A DNA stretch of 64,000 nucleotides, from contig JAZSAT010000038.1 in the NCBI GenBank assembly GCA_045602025.1, positions 36,157-100,156 on the forward strand, written 5' to 3'. The DNA is from Eubacteriales bacterium (GTDB taxonomy: Bacteria > Bacillota > Clostridia > Oscillospirales > SIG627). The notes beneath the pieces were generated by a model. It ran no database searches, was not told the origin of the DNA, and saw nothing but the letters and a program-made list of their open reading frames with translations. Positions 63,208-64,000 of this stretch are shown here, piece by piece (position 1 is the stretch's first letter; every line of letters starts with the position of its first letter). The position numbers and the translations under genes were made by a program.

Positions 63208-64000
63208 TTTTCTGCCTCCGGCAAGAAAAAGTCTGTTCCGAAACGGGCGGTTAGCATATCGCAAAGAACCAGTGCCACCACGGAATCCAAAACGATCCTT
63301 GCCCGGTGAACGATACAGGGGTCGTGTCTGCCGCCAAAGGAGGTGCGGCACTCCTTCCCCTCGGATAAAAGCACCGTTTCCTGTTCCTTGGAAATAGTGG
63401 GAGTCGGCTTTACTGCACAGCGGAAGAGAAGGGGCATTCCGTTTGTAATACCGCCGTTGATACCGCCGTTTCGGTTGGTACGGGTCAAGACCCTTCCTTC
63501 GCTGTCAAGGCAGAAGGGATCGTTTGCTGCGCTTCCCTTCATTCGGCAAAGATCAAACCCGTCGCCGAATTCCACCCCTTTGATGGCGGGAATGGAAAAA
63601 ACAGCGTGGGACAAAACCCCTTCCAGTGTATCAAACCAAGGCTCACCCAATCCGCCGGGAACACCGAGAACACAGGTCTCAAGCACGCCGCCTACACTGT
63701 CCCCTTCTGTCTTGGCTTCCAAAATGACCTTTTTCATTTCTTCTTCCGCCAAGGAAGAAAGGGTAGGAAAGCTTTTTTCTTCTAAATCCAAAATATCTTT
63801 TTCTATATTTTCAAAGGAAATATCCTTTACATCCATGATCGACTGAATATGGGTTCCGATGCGTATTCCTTTTTCCTTCAGCATTTCTCTGAAAATAGCA
63901 CCTGCCGCAACCAGCGGTGCCGTAATTCTGCCGGAAAAATGGCCTCCCCCGTTGGGATCCTGAAATCCGTGATACTTCAGCTGCGCCGAAAAATCCGCAT
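63204..64000 (-). CDS. aroC: Chorismate synthase (5' end beyond the window)
   Basis: The reading frame stays open to base 64000. My manual translation gives ..NGGGHFSGRITAPLVAAGAIFREMLKEKGIRIG.., and GGRHDPC follows later. The track's M at 63884 is internal. Confidence 0.85.
   Translation of the reverse strand, partial: ADFSAQLKYHGFQDPNGGGHFSGRITAPLVAAGAIFREMLKEKGIRIGTHIQSIMDVKDISFENIEKDILDLEEKSFPTLSSLAEEEMKKVILEAKTEGDSVGGVLETCVLGVPGGLGEPWFDTLEGVLSHAVFSIPAIKGVEFGDGFDLCRMKGSAANDPFCLDSEGRVLTRTNRNGGINGGITNGMPLLFRCAVKPTPTISKEQETVLLSEGKECRTSFGGRHDPCIVHRARIVLDSVVALVLCDMLTARFGTDFFLPEAEK

Noticed and set aside
1-64000. tRNA, rRNA, transposase, integrase or toxin-antitoxin calls
   Set aside because: I found no cloverleaf-like or rRNA-like sequence and no DDE or tyrosine/serine recombinase motif in any of the supplied translations. 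The XRE plus small-gene pairs are not assignable to known TA families from sequence alone.

Overview
This looks like a Clostridia-type chromosomal window from a spore-forming Firmicute (dpaA/dpaB are present). It is densely coded with about 60 protein genes. I saw no rRNA, tRNA, CRISPR array, integrase or transposase. All family calls come from reading the supplied translations for motifs, since no database search was possible.

Gene order from left to right:
- An AraC regulator sits divergent from a hydrolase/ferredoxin/FAD-oxidoreductase operon.
- A small sigma-region-4-like module follows, driven by a perfect consensus promoter.
- Next is a 4-gene keto-sugar-type operon with two Gfo/Idh/MocA and two xylose-isomerase-like TIM-barrel genes.
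- Then comes an envelope glycosylation cluster: a GT2-GtrA fusion, a phosphodiester glycosidase and two membrane proteins.
- A PduL / NifU-like / GGGtGRT operon follows.
- A 6 kb accessory patch holds XRE regulators, a zinc-ribbon membrane protein, a G1P-dehydrogenase-like gene, a SLOG-like gene and a sigma/anti-sigma pair.
- putP comes next.
- A 15 kb single-strand Wzx/Wzy polysaccharide locus spans 22.5-37.6 kb. It contains rfbBCA, two acetyltransferases, three to four glycosyltransferases and two TupA-like ATP-grasp amidoligases.
- A queG-like gene follows.
- An intact terminase small/large subunit pair has no other phage genes and is physically split by a TPP-riboswitch-thiT-thiN operon on the other strand.
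- Then come DUF1868-like, larA, ceramidase-like and dpaAB genes.
- Two tandem genes encode paralogous secreted solenoid proteins of about 1475 aa, separated by a 363-nt insertion that carries a hairpin/GTGATAT repeat array.
- An AEC transporter gene follows.
- A translationally coupled shikimate/tyrosine operon runs off the right edge.

The most unusual items are:
- the giant tandem paralogs, which carry an apparently permuted SGNH-like insert;
- the repeat-bearing insertion inside their duplicated terminator;
- the split orphan terminase pair;
- the twin ATP-grasp amidoligases in the polysaccharide locus;
- the uncharacterised PduL/NifU-like/GGGtGRT operon.
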